Source: Candidatus Parvarchaeum sp. (GTDB lineage: Archaea; Nanobdellota; Nanobdellia; Parvarchaeales; Parvarchaeaceae). Taken from it: a DNA stretch of 52,189 nt. The translations under genes and the position numbers were made by a program. The stretch's first letter is position 1; each line of letters starts with the position of its first letter. The stretch is taken from assembly GCA_049965555.1 (NCBI GenBank), contig JBMFWF010000006.1:1-52189 (forward strand), written 5' to 3'. Below the pieces are notes generated by a model. That model did no database searches. It saw nothing but the letters and a program-made list of their open reading frames with translations, and had not been told where the DNA came from. Shown piece after piece: positions 38,110 to 48,911 of the stretch.

Positions 38110-38277
38110 TTAACCGTTGAAGGCTAATTTTATTCCAACTACTACTATAACTAGTATAACTCCAAATATTATTACTGTCCTTGGCTTTATAGTTATCTTG
38201 CTCTTGTAATCCGAATAATACTGAACTAATCCTCCAAATGAGGAAGGCATCCTAGTCTGTGCTTTTTTATTTAACAT
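38110..38277 (-). CDS. secG: Preprotein translocase subunit Sec61beta
   Basis: Manual translation MLNKKAQTRMPSSFGGLVQYYSDYKSKITIKPRTVIIFGVILVIVVVGIKLAFNG; below the ORF-track cutoff. Confidence 0.88.
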   Translation of the reverse strand: MLNKKAQTRMPSSFGGLVQYYSDYKSKITIKPRTVIIFGVILVIVVVGIKLAFNG

Positions 38278-38288
38278 ATTTTTATATT

Positions 38289-38831
38289 TTAAACAGCATT
38301 GCTATTAAACTTTTCTATATGCACTATCTTGCTTAAATCAACTCTTGGCCCGCTGCCTTTAATCCCTCCGTCTTCTTTTATATAACCAATAGGGATAATG
38401 CCTCTTACTTTGTATTTTTCAGGTATGGCTAAGAGTTTTTTTACTTCATCTTGCTGCAGAGTTGCTATCCATGCACTTCCCAGGCCATAGCTGCTTGCCA
38501 TAAGTAGAAGGTTTTCTATTGCCAACGCTGCATTTTCAACACAAAAAGTTTCGCTATCCTCTTCATCAAATACTGCATCCATCTTTGACTTATCGCATAT
38601 AACTATTATTATTATCGGCGCAGAATCTATGTGAGGGGTGAGGGAAATTTTGCTTATTTGGCTTTTTACATCTGGATTTGTAACTATAATAAATTCATAC
38701 TCTCTTATGCCTCCTGCTGTCGGGGACCTGACTGCAGAGTCTATTAACTTAAGTATCACATCCTCACTTATTTCTTTATCCAAAAAGGAATAGACGGTTT
38801 TCCTCTTAGTTATAGCATCGTATACATCCAT
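38289..38831 (-). CDS. Nitroreductase family protein
   Basis: AITKRKTVYSF, SPTAG, AIENLLLMA-GLGSAW and IPIGY motifs. Confidence 0.92.
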   Translation of the reverse strand: MDVYDAITKRKTVYSFLDKEISEDVILKLIDSAVRSPTAGGIREYEFIIVTNPDVKSQISKISLTPHIDSAPIIIIVICDKSKMDAVFDEEDSETFCVENAALAIENLLLMASSYGLGSAWIATLQQDEVKKLLAIPEKYKVRGIIPIGYIKEDGGIKGSGPRVDLSKIVHIEKFNSNAV

Positions 38832-38909
38832 AAGTTTTTAAATTAGCCGGTTATATATAAACATTAAAAAACTGCTGTTAAAGGTTCTACTTAAAACGGA
38901 AAATTAAAA

Positions 38910-39101
38910 CTAAGAGTAATTCTCTATAACTTCTGCCACTATCTTTGCTTTTCCACCAGTAGGAGTTGCAAGTACTTCATTGCATACTAAACACCTTACT
39001 TCCGTAGAAGCCTTCGTAAATATTACCTGCTCGTTTTTACATTTATTGCATCTCACTTTCGAAAATTTACCTTCCGACGGCCTAAATATTATTTCTTCCA
39101 T
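38910..39101 (-). CDS. rps27e: 30S ribosomal protein eS27
   Basis: KVRCNKCKNEQVIF-CLVC-PTGGKA. Confidence 0.96.
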   Translation of the reverse strand: MEEIIFRPSEGKFSKVRCNKCKNEQVIFTKASTEVRCLVCNEVLATPTGGKAKIVAEVIENYS

Positions 39102-39395
39102 TTACTTTATCTCCAATTTCTTTGCTTTTTTACCCCTCTTCTGGGTAGTCATTTTACCGCATTTTGTACATTTATATCTTAAGTCTATCCTCTTAGACTG
39201 CTTTATACCAAGCCTCTTTGCATGCTCAAACATTGGATAGGGAGTAGAACCGTAACCATGTTCAAGATTCCAGCCTTTCCTGCGGCTGCCTGCAGTCAAT
39301 GTTCCCCTCTGGCCACCCTTTACTTGTACTACTTTTTGCAGAGTATGTTCTTTGCAGAATCTGCAGTATCTTCTAACTTGACTTGGTAATTTCAT
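39102..39395 (-). CDS. rpl44e: 50S ribosomal protein eL42 (L44e)
   Basis: RYCRFCKEHT and LRYKCTKCGK; adjacent to rps27e. Confidence 0.95.
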   Translation of the reverse strand: MKLPSQVRRYCRFCKEHTLQKVVQVKGGQRGTLTAGSRRKGWNLEHGYGSTPYPMFEHAKRLGIKQSKRIDLRYKCTKCGKMTTQKRGKKAKKLEIK

Positions 39396-39481
39396 TTAGT
39401 TTCAATAAATAGCTTAGTATTTAACTTTTTCTATATTTAAAATTGCAATAATTTTAAATTTAGCCGCTGTTTTACTAGCCT

Positions 39482-41902
39482 ATGCAAAAGACTATACCAT
39501 TAGTTATCTTAATAATGCTATTATTTTCAGTATCAATAACGCATGCATATAAAGGAATAAGCCTGAATTTCCAAGAGGTACCTCTTCAAAACCAAGTTTG
39601 TGATTACTTGACGCCGCAAAACCTAAGGACTGCTTATAATTTTTTGCCTTTATATAATATCAACATAAATGGAAGCAATCAGGCTATAGCTATAGTAGTA
39701 GCGCACGGCGACCCGAATTTACAGCAGGATGTAAATTCTTTTGATTCATATTATGGTTTAAATTCTCTTACAAATGGATCCAACCTTGTAATAGAAGAGC
39801 CATTTGGAAGCCCTAATTCTTACCCGACTAACTGGACATATGAAACTGCCTTGGATGTAGAAATAGCCCATTCTTTGGCACCCGGTGCAAAAATATATCT
39901 AATTGTAGCTCCGAATGATTCATGGCTTTTCCAGACTGTTAACTACACAGTAAACAATGTTCCTGCAAACACTATCTCTCTTAGTTGGGGGTCATCTGAA
40001 CTTGAGTACAATCAACAGTCTATAGACTATCTAAATTCTATATTTCAATATGCACAGACAAAAGGCATAAACGTATTCGTAGCAAGTGGCGATACTGGAG
40101 CATATAATTCATATAATACCCCGAATGTAAACTTTCCAGCTTCCAGTCCAAATGTTGTAGCAGTAGGAGGCACCACTCTTTCTATATACTCGAATGGGGA
40201 TTACAAATCTGAAGTAGGTTGGAATGGAAGCGGGGGTGGCCAAAGCCAGTTTTTTGCCAGGCCTTCATTTCAACCAGATATAAGCTCGTATAGAATGGTA
40301 CCAGACGTTGCATTTGACGCTGGAACACCCGTTTGTGTTTACGTTAATTCTGGGTGGACTGCACTCTATGGAACTAGCTTGGCTGCTCCTTCTTGGGCAG
40401 CAATTGATTCATTAATAAACCAAAACCTACAGGGTGACGAAGGGTATCTTGACAACCATCTCTATAACATATTCAACAGCATTGGAAGCATTGCCTTTAA
40501 CAATATAACAAGCGGTTGCAACAATTTATACTGCGCGGATGGAAAGTATAATGAAGTAACTGGATTGGGTTCTCCTAAAGCATACCAGCTTGTAGAAGCT
40601 CTTTCAAACACTACTTATGAGGTATATTTTAATGACCCTGAAAACGGCATTTTCACCATAAACGGAAAAAATTATACTCAATCAACTACTTTAAAATTCG
40701 CATTTGGAGAGAAGGTAAGCATCGCTGCATATTCCCAGAACACTAGTTCGGATACAGAAATTCTATTTAACTCGATGTCTGGAATCATAAATACAGATAA
40801 TCGAACTACATCTTTTTTTGTAAACCAGTCAGGAACAATCAATCTTAATTTTTCCATTTATTTCCTTATAAATGAATATAATTATAACGGAATAAACAAT
40901 AGAAGTGAATACATAAAAAATAGCAGTACATTGACAATATATACGCAAAAACTGGAAAATTATTCGCAGTATCAAGAGGTGCTATTGGGTTTCAGAATTG
41001 ATAACGGAACATTGATACCGGCAAATGATTATGCAATAAAAGTACTGTCGCCCTTCAATGTAAGTTTTTTATGGATAAAAGATCCAAAAGTAACTTTTAA
41101 ATTTTTAAATGGAACAAATGGATTGATAGCAAATGTTTCATATTACACTGCTGAACCACTATCAAAAACAATTGAGAAAGCTTATTCAATAGTAAGTAAC
41201 GGAGGGCATATTTACTCTTACAATGGCTCCGATTTTTATATAAACACAAAACCACAAATTATTGCTGAAAACAGATATATAACTCCAAATGTTACAAAAA
41301 GCTTTCAAAACGTCATAACTGTAAATTTCATAAAAGAGTACAATTACACAATAAACTTTTTATCAAAGCAAGGAGCATCAATTAAGCCTTCTTACTTCTA
41401 CCTTTCTTTTGGGAATATAACAGAAAGATACCAGGATTACTATATCTGGGCACCTAGAAATAATCAAATCACAATCAAAAATGTAAGCTATGATGGTGTA
41501 AATCTGGATATATACCAGAAGATTCAAACGGATTTGCAAAGTGAAATAAACTTAACGTTGCCAGTCTCAAACATAAACATAAAGGTAGTAACTATACTTG
41601 GTATACCAGTAGTGGGCGCCAGCGTAACTATAAAAGTTGACAATTCATCTTTCAAAAACTACACAAATGTTCTCGGTAGCGTTACATTCGCAAATTTACC
41701 CCAGAAAACTTACAATGCAACGATAATCGCTTATAATTCTAAATTCGTATTTAATGGCTTAAATGCACTTTCAAATACTCTGTCGATTACAGCAGGGTTA
41801 TATGAATTGTATATAATTATTGGAATAATAATGGTGATTTTGATTATCTTGCTCATATTCGAACAGATAAGGCGCAGAAAATACGCTAAAAAACATAAAT
41901 AA
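39482..41902 (+). CDS. Membrane-anchored S53 (sedolisin/kumamolisin) acid serine peptidase
   Basis: ETALD (Glu/Asp), SLSWG, ASGD oxyanion Asp, GTSLAAP (Ser), Ca-site YNEVTGLGSP; long stalk and C-terminal TM. Confidence 0.92.
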   Translation: MQKTIPLVILIMLLFSVSITHAYKGISLNFQEVPLQNQVCDYLTPQNLRTAYNFLPLYNININGSNQAIAIVVAHGDPNLQQDVNSFDSYYGLNSLTNGSNLVIEEPFGSPNSYPTNWTYETALDVEIAHSLAPGAKIYLIVAPNDSWLFQTVNYTVNNVPANTISLSWGSSELEYNQQSIDYLNSIFQYAQTKGINVFVASGDTGAYNSYNTPNVNFPASSPNVVAVGGTTLSIYSNGDYKSEVGWNGSGGGQSQFFARPSFQPDISSYRMVPDVAFDAGTPVCVYVNSGWTALYGTSLAAPSWAAIDSLINQNLQGDEGYLDNHLYNIFNSIGSIAFNNITSGCNNLYCADGKYNEVTGLGSPKAYQLVEALSNTTYEVYFNDPENGIFTINGKNYTQSTTLKFAFGEKVSIAAYSQNTSSDTEILFNSMSGIINTDNRTTSFFVNQSGTINLNFSIYFLINEYNYNGINNRSEYIKNSSTLTIYTQKLENYSQYQEVLLGFRIDNGTLIPANDYAIKVLSPFNVSFLWIKDPKVTFKFLNGTNGLIANVSYYTAEPLSKTIEKAYSIVSNGGHIYSYNGSDFYINTKPQIIAENRYITPNVTKSFQNVITVNFIKEYNYTINFLSKQGASIKPSYFYLSFGNITERYQDYYIWAPRNNQITIKNVSYDGVNLDIYQKIQTDLQSEINLTLPVSNINIKVVTILGIPVVGASVTIKVDNSSFKNYTNVLGSVTFANLPQKTYNATIIAYNSKFVFNGLNALSNTLSITAGLYELYIIIGIIMVILIILLIFEQIRRRKYAKKHK

Positions 41903-41931
41903 AAGCTTGCAAATAATAATATAGTAGTACA

Positions 41932-44172
41932 ATGGAATTAAAAAACAAGGAATACTCTGTTTCCAGGGAAGAAGGAGAGATAGGGCTTACTTACAAAGTC
42001 CCTTTAGATGTGCTTTACCCCAATCCAGAAGATAATGAAGAGATATTTGAAAAAATAATCAACGCCATAATAGAATCGGGCGATATAACCCTTCTTACAA
42101 TCGTAAGCGACAGAAATTATATATATACAAAAGATCAGACGAGTTTTTTAAATGACCTTGCAAACAAGTATAAGGCAATACTTGAATCTGACCTTTCAAA
42201 ACCTTTTGACAGCGATATACAGAAAAATTTCCCTGAAGAAGTCTCCAAATTCAATTATATATTGTTTAACAGACTAAAAAGAGATCCATTAGGCGCATAT
42301 GTTCTTGGATTAAGGTTTTTAAGGGAGTTTAAAGTAAAAGAAGAAAATAATGGTTCTCAGTTGTTTTCAACTTTCTTGGAAAAATTCTCGGAGTTAATAT
42401 CAAAGATAGGTGAAATTAAACTAGTAAACAAAAACTTGAACCTTATTTTAGGTTATAAGATAGGGGACCGGCAGCCGTATAGAGCGATATTCAAGCCGCT
42501 TATAAGGCCAAATTTTACATATACGAGGATAATGTCCGAGCCGCCACTTTCTGCGGTAGAACTTGAGAATTACAGATTGAAAGATGAAGACCAGACAGAA
42601 GTAACTATATACCGTATACCTGGTATGTCACAGTACCTGTATCATCTTTCGCCACCGGAATTGCTGCTTAATGTAGAAGAATACGACATACTTGATCAGG
42701 TAAGGAATAATTTAATAGATTATAGGCCACAAGAAAACGAGTTTACTGATCCTTTGAGGATGAGGGATGTTTTCTTCAAAATAAGCAAGGATATGATTGC
42801 GGAGATAAGCACTAAAAACGGTTATAGCTTAAGTTTCAAAGACATAGAAAAACTCGCAAGGATACTAGTGAGATTAACAGTAGGCTTCGGAATGACTGAG
42901 ATAGTTTTGTCGGATGACATGGTTGAGGATGTGTATATAAATTCCCCTATCAGTAAATCTCCTATTTTTGTCAAGCATTCAAAATATGGAGAATGCGCTT
43001 CTAATATTATACCAAATGCAAAAGAAGTCGATGCTTGGTCTTCTAGATTCAGACTAATGTCCGGTAGGGCCCTTGATGAAGGCCATCCTGTACTTGATAC
43101 AGAGCTGGTAACAGATATGTTTAGATCAAGGGTTGCGATAGCCCAGCGTCCTCTCTCTCCTGGCGGTATAAGCATAGCATTCAGAAGGCACAGGGAAAAG
43201 CCTTGGACTATGCCTCTTTTTATAAACAATAATATGATATCTCCTTTTGCAGCGGGATTGCTTTGGTTCTGTGTAGAAGGCGCAAGAACAATACTGATAA
43301 GTGGTACGCGTGGTGCTGGTAAAACATCTATGCTAACTGCACTGATGCTGCTTCTAATGAAAAGGTATAGAATAATAACGGTTGAAGACACATTAGAGAT
43401 ACCTACCGATTCATTTATTAAATTAGGATATGATATGCTATCATTAAAGGTGCAAAGCGCAATAACAGGCGAAAGGGCAGAAATGAGTGCAGATGAAGGT
43501 ATAAGAACGACACTAAGATTAGGAGACAGCTCATTGATAGTCGGTGAAGTAAGAAGCACAGAAGCAAAGGCTTTGTATGAAGCAATGAGGGTAGGTGCAC
43601 TTTCAAATACAGTAATGGGCACGATACACGGTGAAAACCCTTATGGTGTGTTTGATAGGGTTGTAAATGATCTTAATGTTCCAAGAACAAGCTTTAAAGC
43701 AACTGACTTGATAGTCTCTGTTAATAAAATAAGGACAGAGGACAGGCTAAGTGAAAGAAGGAGGGTCCTGAACATAACTGAGGTAAGAAAAGACTGGACT
43801 GAAGACCCGCAATATGAAAACGGATTCGTAGATTTGGTAAAATATGATATACATAAAGACAGCCTTGACCCATCAAACGATTTGCTGGAAGGAAACAGTT
43901 ATGTTATAAAGGAGATAGCATCAAAAGTAGAAGATTGGGCAGGCAACTGGGATGCTGTGCTTGAAAACATAAGAGCCAGAGGAGACGTGTTGAATGCCTT
44001 ATCAAATTATGCAAACAAGGTTAATAATCCATCGTTATTAGAGGCAGAGTTTACATCCGCAGCAATAGATCAGTATTATGATATAATAAGCAAATTAAGA
44101 GAAGAGTATGGGACTGCAGAAAGGAAAAACATTGTAAATTTATTTGACTTATGGCTAAGAAGCAAAAAGTAA
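41932..44172 (+). CDS. Type IV pilus/secretion ATPase (VirB11/TadA/FlaI family)
   Basis: GTRGAGKTS Walker A, TVEDTLE Asp box, IVGEVR Walker B, GTIH His box; long N-terminal extension. Confidence 0.92.
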   Translation: MELKNKEYSVSREEGEIGLTYKVPLDVLYPNPEDNEEIFEKIINAIIESGDITLLTIVSDRNYIYTKDQTSFLNDLANKYKAILESDLSKPFDSDIQKNFPEEVSKFNYILFNRLKRDPLGAYVLGLRFLREFKVKEENNGSQLFSTFLEKFSELISKIGEIKLVNKNLNLILGYKIGDRQPYRAIFKPLIRPNFTYTRIMSEPPLSAVELENYRLKDEDQTEVTIYRIPGMSQYLYHLSPPELLLNVEEYDILDQVRNNLIDYRPQENEFTDPLRMRDVFFKISKDMIAEISTKNGYSLSFKDIEKLARILVRLTVGFGMTEIVLSDDMVEDVYINSPISKSPIFVKHSKYGECASNIIPNAKEVDAWSSRFRLMSGRALDEGHPVLDTELVTDMFRSRVAIAQRPLSPGGISIAFRRHREKPWTMPLFINNNMISPFAAGLLWFCVEGARTILISGTRGAGKTSMLTALMLLLMKRYRIITVEDTLEIPTDSFIKLGYDMLSLKVQSAITGERAEMSADEGIRTTLRLGDSSLIVGEVRSTEAKALYEAMRVGALSNTVMGTIHGENPYGVFDRVVNDLNVPRTSFKATDLIVSVNKIRTEDRLSERRRVLNITEVRKDWTEDPQYENGFVDLVKYDIHKDSLDPSNDLLEGNSYVIKEIASKVEDWAGNWDAVLENIRARGDVLNALSNYANKVNNPSLLEAEFTSAAIDQYYDIISKLREEYGTAERKNIVNLFDLWLRSKK

Positions 44173-46268
44173 AGGAGGCTGTGCCTTCTATAAAGATAGA
44201 TAAAAACTTTATAGATACTTATTATACAAAAGAAAACCTTGTTCCAAGCGATTTATATAAAAAAGATGAGAATGTCAGAGAAGAATTAAGATCCCTTGAA
44301 TACAAGATATTCAAAGAGAAGAACCCTACGAATTTTTCGAAAATAATAAACTTTGGTGCGAATACAATAGGTAAGGTAATAAAGTTTAACATAAACAAAG
44401 AACAGGAAAAGAAAATAAACACTCTGCTTTACCTTCTTGGATATGATTTTGATGCAAAGCAATTATACGGATTCGGTATATTCATGCTTGTAGCTCTAAT
44501 GTTTTTAGGCATAATACTTCTTGTTTTGGGCCAGATAATAGCAGGGTTAGTACTTATGTTTTTAGGCGTTATCTCATTTATAGGAGTGCAGATATTTCCC
44601 CAGCAACAGATGACTATTAGATTAAGTAAATCTTCAAGCGACCTAGTTACAATGATCCTTTATATGGTTATATTCATGCGCCAAACTCCTAATCTAGAAG
44701 GAGCTATACAATTCGCTTCTGATAACCTTACAAGCTATTTAGCTCTCGATTTAAAAAAACTTATATGGGACACAGCCGCAAGAAAATATAATAATATAAA
44801 AGAAGCTTTGGATGACTATTCGAAAAGATGGGCCAAATCCAGCCCGGCATTTACAGATGCACTATTCCTAATAGAAAGTTCTACTTCGCAAGAAACAGAA
44901 GAAGCAAGATTGGGATTACTTGATGAAGCTTCTGACAGAATATTGGGCGGAACTTTTGAAGCTATGACAAAATATGCTTCATCCTTGAAAGAGCCACTAA
45001 ACACAATATATATGATAGGTATGGTCCTTCCTGTTTTAGGTTTAGTATTAGCTCCAATGTTAATGGCCTTTGTGGCGGTTCCAGACTTTGGTTTGCTGCT
45101 TGCATTGATGTATGATGTCGGCTTACCTCTAATGGTTTATTTCCTTATAAGAAACAAGTTATTAACAAGGCCGAGCGGATTCGGTGCGCCAGACATAAAC
45201 AACATACCAAATATACCTAAGGTCGGAAATTTCTTTATAAGCATGGGCAAAAGAAAAGTTAGCGTAAGCGCGCTTTTACCAGCCATATTAATATTTATCC
45301 TCTTCATGCTACCCGTTTACTTCCTTTATCCATTGCTTTTGAAATTCGGGCCGACACAGATATATGTTTCAATGTTTATAACTGCAGCGATAGGATTTTC
45401 AATAGTGGTTTACCTTAAACTTTCTGTTATCCAACTTAAAGAAACAGAAGAAGAATTAAATTCAATAGAGTCCTCTTTTGGTGCAGCAATGTCACAGATG
45501 AGTTCTTTCCTTGCACAAGGTTACCCACCAGAAGCTACACTTGTAAAGGTAGAAGAAAACATGAAGGATACGCCAGTTTCTGAATTCTTTGATGTAACGA
45601 TTAATAACATTAGAAAGATGGGGATGTCTTTAAAGGACGCATTTTTCAATGCAACCAACGGATCTACGCGATTTTTCCCATCTCCAATGATCCTAGCGTC
45701 TACAAAGATTTTTCTTTCATCGGCAGCTAAGAGTGTAAGAAATGCTTCAGTGGCGACTGCTTATGTTTCAAAGCACCTTGCAAATCTACGTAGGATAGAA
45801 GAACAGGTACGTTCAATGCTAGAAGAAGTTACTTCTGGAATGCGAGTAGAAGTCGGATTAATAAGCCCTGCAATGGCGGGGATAGTAGTTGGATTGACTA
45901 CATTAATAGGCACTGTACTTACTTCGCTTTCAGGCAGCATAAATTCGATACAAAGCGCCGCAAGCACATCATCAAGCGGCAGCGTTTCATCTGTAGTGCC
46001 TTTTGCATTTAGCCTATTTAATTTAAGCGGCGGAGCTATACCTTTGTATACTTTTCAAATCATAATAGGAATATATATTGTAAGCTTAAGTCTGATAATA
46101 GGATATGCAGTATCAACTATATCCCAGCCCGGTGATAGAATATTAATGAGAGACACAATGGCATCGATGCTTCTTATTTCAATAATACTCTACATATTGA
46201 TTGCATTTATAGTAACGCTAGTGTTTGCATCAGTAGGGGGATTAGTAATAAGCGCAACACACATTTGA
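44151..46268 (+). CDS. Type IV pilus membrane platform protein (TadC/FlaJ-like, duplicated domains)
   Basis: Two cytoplasmic helical domains (PNLEGAI, GYPPEATL), each followed by TM bundles; overlaps the ATPase gene. Confidence 0.8.
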   Translation: MAKKQKVKEAVPSIKIDKNFIDTYYTKENLVPSDLYKKDENVREELRSLEYKIFKEKNPTNFSKIINFGANTIGKVIKFNINKEQEKKINTLLYLLGYDFDAKQLYGFGIFMLVALMFLGIILLVLGQIIAGLVLMFLGVISFIGVQIFPQQQMTIRLSKSSSDLVTMILYMVIFMRQTPNLEGAIQFASDNLTSYLALDLKKLIWDTAARKYNNIKEALDDYSKRWAKSSPAFTDALFLIESSTSQETEEARLGLLDEASDRILGGTFEAMTKYASSLKEPLNTIYMIGMVLPVLGLVLAPMLMAFVAVPDFGLLLALMYDVGLPLMVYFLIRNKLLTRPSGFGAPDINNIPNIPKVGNFFISMGKRKVSVSALLPAILIFILFMLPVYFLYPLLLKFGPTQIYVSMFITAAIGFSIVVYLKLSVIQLKETEEELNSIESSFGAAMSQMSSFLAQGYPPEATLVKVEENMKDTPVSEFFDVTINNIRKMGMSLKDAFFNATNGSTRFFPSPMILASTKIFLSSAAKSVRNASVATAYVSKHLANLRRIEEQVRSMLEEVTSGMRVEVGLISPAMAGIVVGLTTLIGTVLTSLSGSINSIQSAASTSSSGSVSSVVPFAFSLFNLSGGAIPLYTFQIIIGIYIVSLSLIIGYAVSTISQPGDRILMRDTMASMLLISIILYILIAFIVTLVFASVGGLVISATHI

Positions 46269-47126
46269 TTAATGCCTATTTTTAATCTCATTTAAAGAGA
46301 CTAAATCGATTATTATTTTTGCTGCTAGTATCTCTGTTATGTTGTTGTCATTTATTGGTCTAGTTTCCATAACATCCATGCCTACCAATGCAGAATTTCT
46401 GATTATTGCAGAAGTATAATTAAGAAAATCGTTATAGGATATGCCATTCGGTTGTGGAGTGCCAACACCCGGCGCTATCGAAGGATCAAAAACGTCCATG
46501 TCTATGCTAATGTAAACTTTTTTACCTCTTATTAAATTTATTAATAAATTCAGATTTTTATCATCATTCATCTTGTCCTTTGTTATAACTAAAAGCTTTC
46601 TTTTTATGAGTTCTTCCTTTTCCTCTAAATTCAAGCTTCTCACACCTACCAAAGAAACATTATTTCTAAGATTAACCAATCTTGCATTACTGGCGTGGTT
46701 TATCTCCAGCTTTAAGAAATCTGGTTTAAAATCGGCATGTGCATCAAATATTACAAATTCAACGTCCTCTCCAAAAGCCAATGAAGCGCCATATGTTGCG
46801 GTATGCTCTCCCCCTATCAATATTGGTATCTTTCCTGCGGAAACGAGATCTGAAGTGCTTAAATTTATTATTTCCATAGCATTTCGTATATCCCCGCTTA
46901 ATTCCAGCTCATTAAGAGTAAATATCTTGTCTTTAAGCTCATAATCAAGCTCAAAATCATAATTTTCAAGTGAACGAGATGCCTCAATTACAGATCTTGG
47001 GCCGAATTTTGTTCCTTTTAAGTATGTTGTCGTTACATCCAACGGCACTGGCATTATTACATACTTAGCGTCATTAAAGCTGACTACTTCTTCCAAAAAC
47101 GAATCCTTACCTTCATTTAAAAGCAT
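46269..47126 (-). CDS. speB: Agmatinase (ureohydrolase family)
   Basis: GTKFGP, GGEHT, DAHAD and SIDMDVFDP-APG motifs. Confidence 0.9.
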   Translation of the reverse strand: MLLNEGKDSFLEEVVSFNDAKYVIMPVPLDVTTTYLKGTKFGPRSVIEASRSLENYDFELDYELKDKIFTLNELELSGDIRNAMEIINLSTSDLVSAGKIPILIGGEHTATYGASLAFGEDVEFVIFDAHADFKPDFLKLEINHASNARLVNLRNNVSLVGVRSLNLEEKEELIKRKLLVITKDKMNDDKNLNLLINLIRGKKVYISIDMDVFDPSIAPGVGTPQPNGISYNDFLNYTSAIIRNSALVGMDVMETRPINDNNITEILAAKIIIDLVSLNEIKNRH

Positions 47127-47143
47127 ACTACTACAACACAGCC

Positions 47144-48874
47144 TCAATTTTTAATGCTTATGTTTTTTTGCTGGCCGTACATTTCTACTATGTCCTTCAC
47201 AGTATTTGCATCCTCAGCCTTCTTGTCAGTACGTATGAAAGACACTGCTCTTGGGAACCTAAGCGCATAACCTATCCCATCCTTCATACCTGCCGTATGC
47301 GTTGGGCTCCTTGTAATTTCATCGGCCTTTACTGCTATCACGTATTTTGGAACCACCCAAACATCAGGTTGCATTATGCTGTCGACTCTTGCAGGTTTAT
47401 TGTCTACCTTTATTTCATTAAGTATTCTGAAAAGCTGCCTAAACTGTTCTTCCGAGAAACCCGAGCCAACCTTTGTTATGCTTTTAAATTTATCCTCTTT
47501 TGAGTCATATACACCTGCTAATACTGCACCTAATCCGAAACCTGCCCTTTGACCTCTTCCTTTGAAATATCCTAATATAACAAGGTCTATTGTGTCATTC
47601 AATTTTGATTTATATGACCTTTTCATTTTTATCCAATTAAAGTTCCTAGCACCTGCAGAATATGGCGAGTCTAAACGTTTTGCAACTATCCCCTCTAATC
47701 CCTGTTCAATTGTAAGGTCAAAGAATTTATCTATTTCATTTTCATCATCAGTTATTATCATTTTTGTCTTGGATATTGTCTTTGTATTTGAAAACAATTT
47801 ATCCAATATCTGCCTTCTTTCTATGTAAGGTTCGTTTATAAGGCTTTTTTTATTGAAAAGCATTATATCAAAAACGAAAAGCCTTAGCGGCAATTCCTGT
47901 GAGATTTCCTCCACGTTGTGTTTTCTTTTCCTTTGTATTGTTACCTGAAAGGGATATAGTACATTTGTATTTTCATCATAGGTTAAAGCTTCCCCATCTA
48001 TTATTAAATCCTGACAGTCTATCCTCTTCACTTCTTCTACTATCTCAGGCATAAAATGTGTTATGTCCTCTAAGTTTCTGGAAAAAACTCTCACTTCTCC
48101 ATCTTTTTTATGCACCTGCGCCCTAAAGCCATCTAATTTCTGATCTATTGCGCATTTTCCCATTCTTTCCAAAATTTCCTTTGAAGAACTCAATCGTTCT
48201 GCTAATGCTGGCCTTATTGGTTTCATGGCGTTTATCTCAAATTTATTTATTCCCTCTTTCCCTCTTGAATAAAGGACTTCTGCTACATAACCAAGATCAG
48301 AACAAAGATTAAATGCTCTTTCTATGTTTGGTTTGAATTCTCTGCTGCCAGCCCTTGCCTTGGATAAAGCCTCCATTATAGTTGCCTCTCCAACCCCCAG
48401 ACGCAATTTTCCCATCACAAAGCGTATAACAAACTTGGATTCTATTGGAGAGAGGTTTGATATAAGCTCTGACAATTCTTTTATCTTTTCATCAATGCTT
48501 CCTTCCCCCGAAGTCTTTGCTATCTTTAAAAGTTTGTTGTATACCTCTGTAATGTCTGTTTTCTTGCTATTAGAGGTATTTGATTCCTTTTCTGCTACTT
48601 CGCCTAAATCCCCTATTCTTTTGTATTCCTCTAATATCCTAGAAACTGGTTTATTATATGCAAGAGCTATGGCTTTTTCCACCATCTTATCTGCTATGCC
48701 CAATTGTACGTCATAAAACGGGGGCAGTAGTTGCTCCTGTATAAAATTTACAGTATAATTTATTTCCTCGCTTTTTGTCTTTGAGAAGACCTCTGAAAGT
48801 ATATCTATCATCTCAAGCCTTTTCGAGGTCTTTTCCAATTTAAGTAAATAATTACAAAGCTCTTCGAACCTCAT
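47144..48874 (-). CDS. lig: ATP-dependent DNA ligase
   Basis: KLDGFR (motif I), DGE, FDI, EGIVAK, WIKMK and ALRFPR motifs. Confidence 0.97.
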   Translation of the reverse strand: MRFEELCNYLLKLEKTSKRLEMIDILSEVFSKTKSEEINYTVNFIQEQLLPPFYDVQLGIADKMVEKAIALAYNKPVSRILEEYKRIGDLGEVAEKESNTSNSKKTDITEVYNKLLKIAKTSGEGSIDEKIKELSELISNLSPIESKFVIRFVMGKLRLGVGEATIMEALSKARAGSREFKPNIERAFNLCSDLGYVAEVLYSRGKEGINKFEINAMKPIRPALAERLSSSKEILERMGKCAIDQKLDGFRAQVHKKDGEVRVFSRNLEDITHFMPEIVEEVKRIDCQDLIIDGEALTYDENTNVLYPFQVTIQRKRKHNVEEISQELPLRLFVFDIMLFNKKSLINEPYIERRQILDKLFSNTKTISKTKMIITDDENEIDKFFDLTIEQGLEGIVAKRLDSPYSAGARNFNWIKMKRSYKSKLNDTIDLVILGYFKGRGQRAGFGLGAVLAGVYDSKEDKFKSITKVGSGFSEEQFRQLFRILNEIKVDNKPARVDSIMQPDVWVVPKYVIAVKADEITRSPTHTAGMKDGIGYALRFPRAVSFIRTDKKAEDANTVKDIVEMYGQQKNISIKN

Positions 48875-48911
48875 ACATAATAATTTAAATTATGCTTACT
48901 TAAATCTATTC

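Noticed and set aside
42822-43622. Long antisense ORFs (for example 42822-43622, 989-1540, 6375-6920, 29315-29842)
   Set aside because: Shadow frames opposite well-supported genes, with no motifs of their own.
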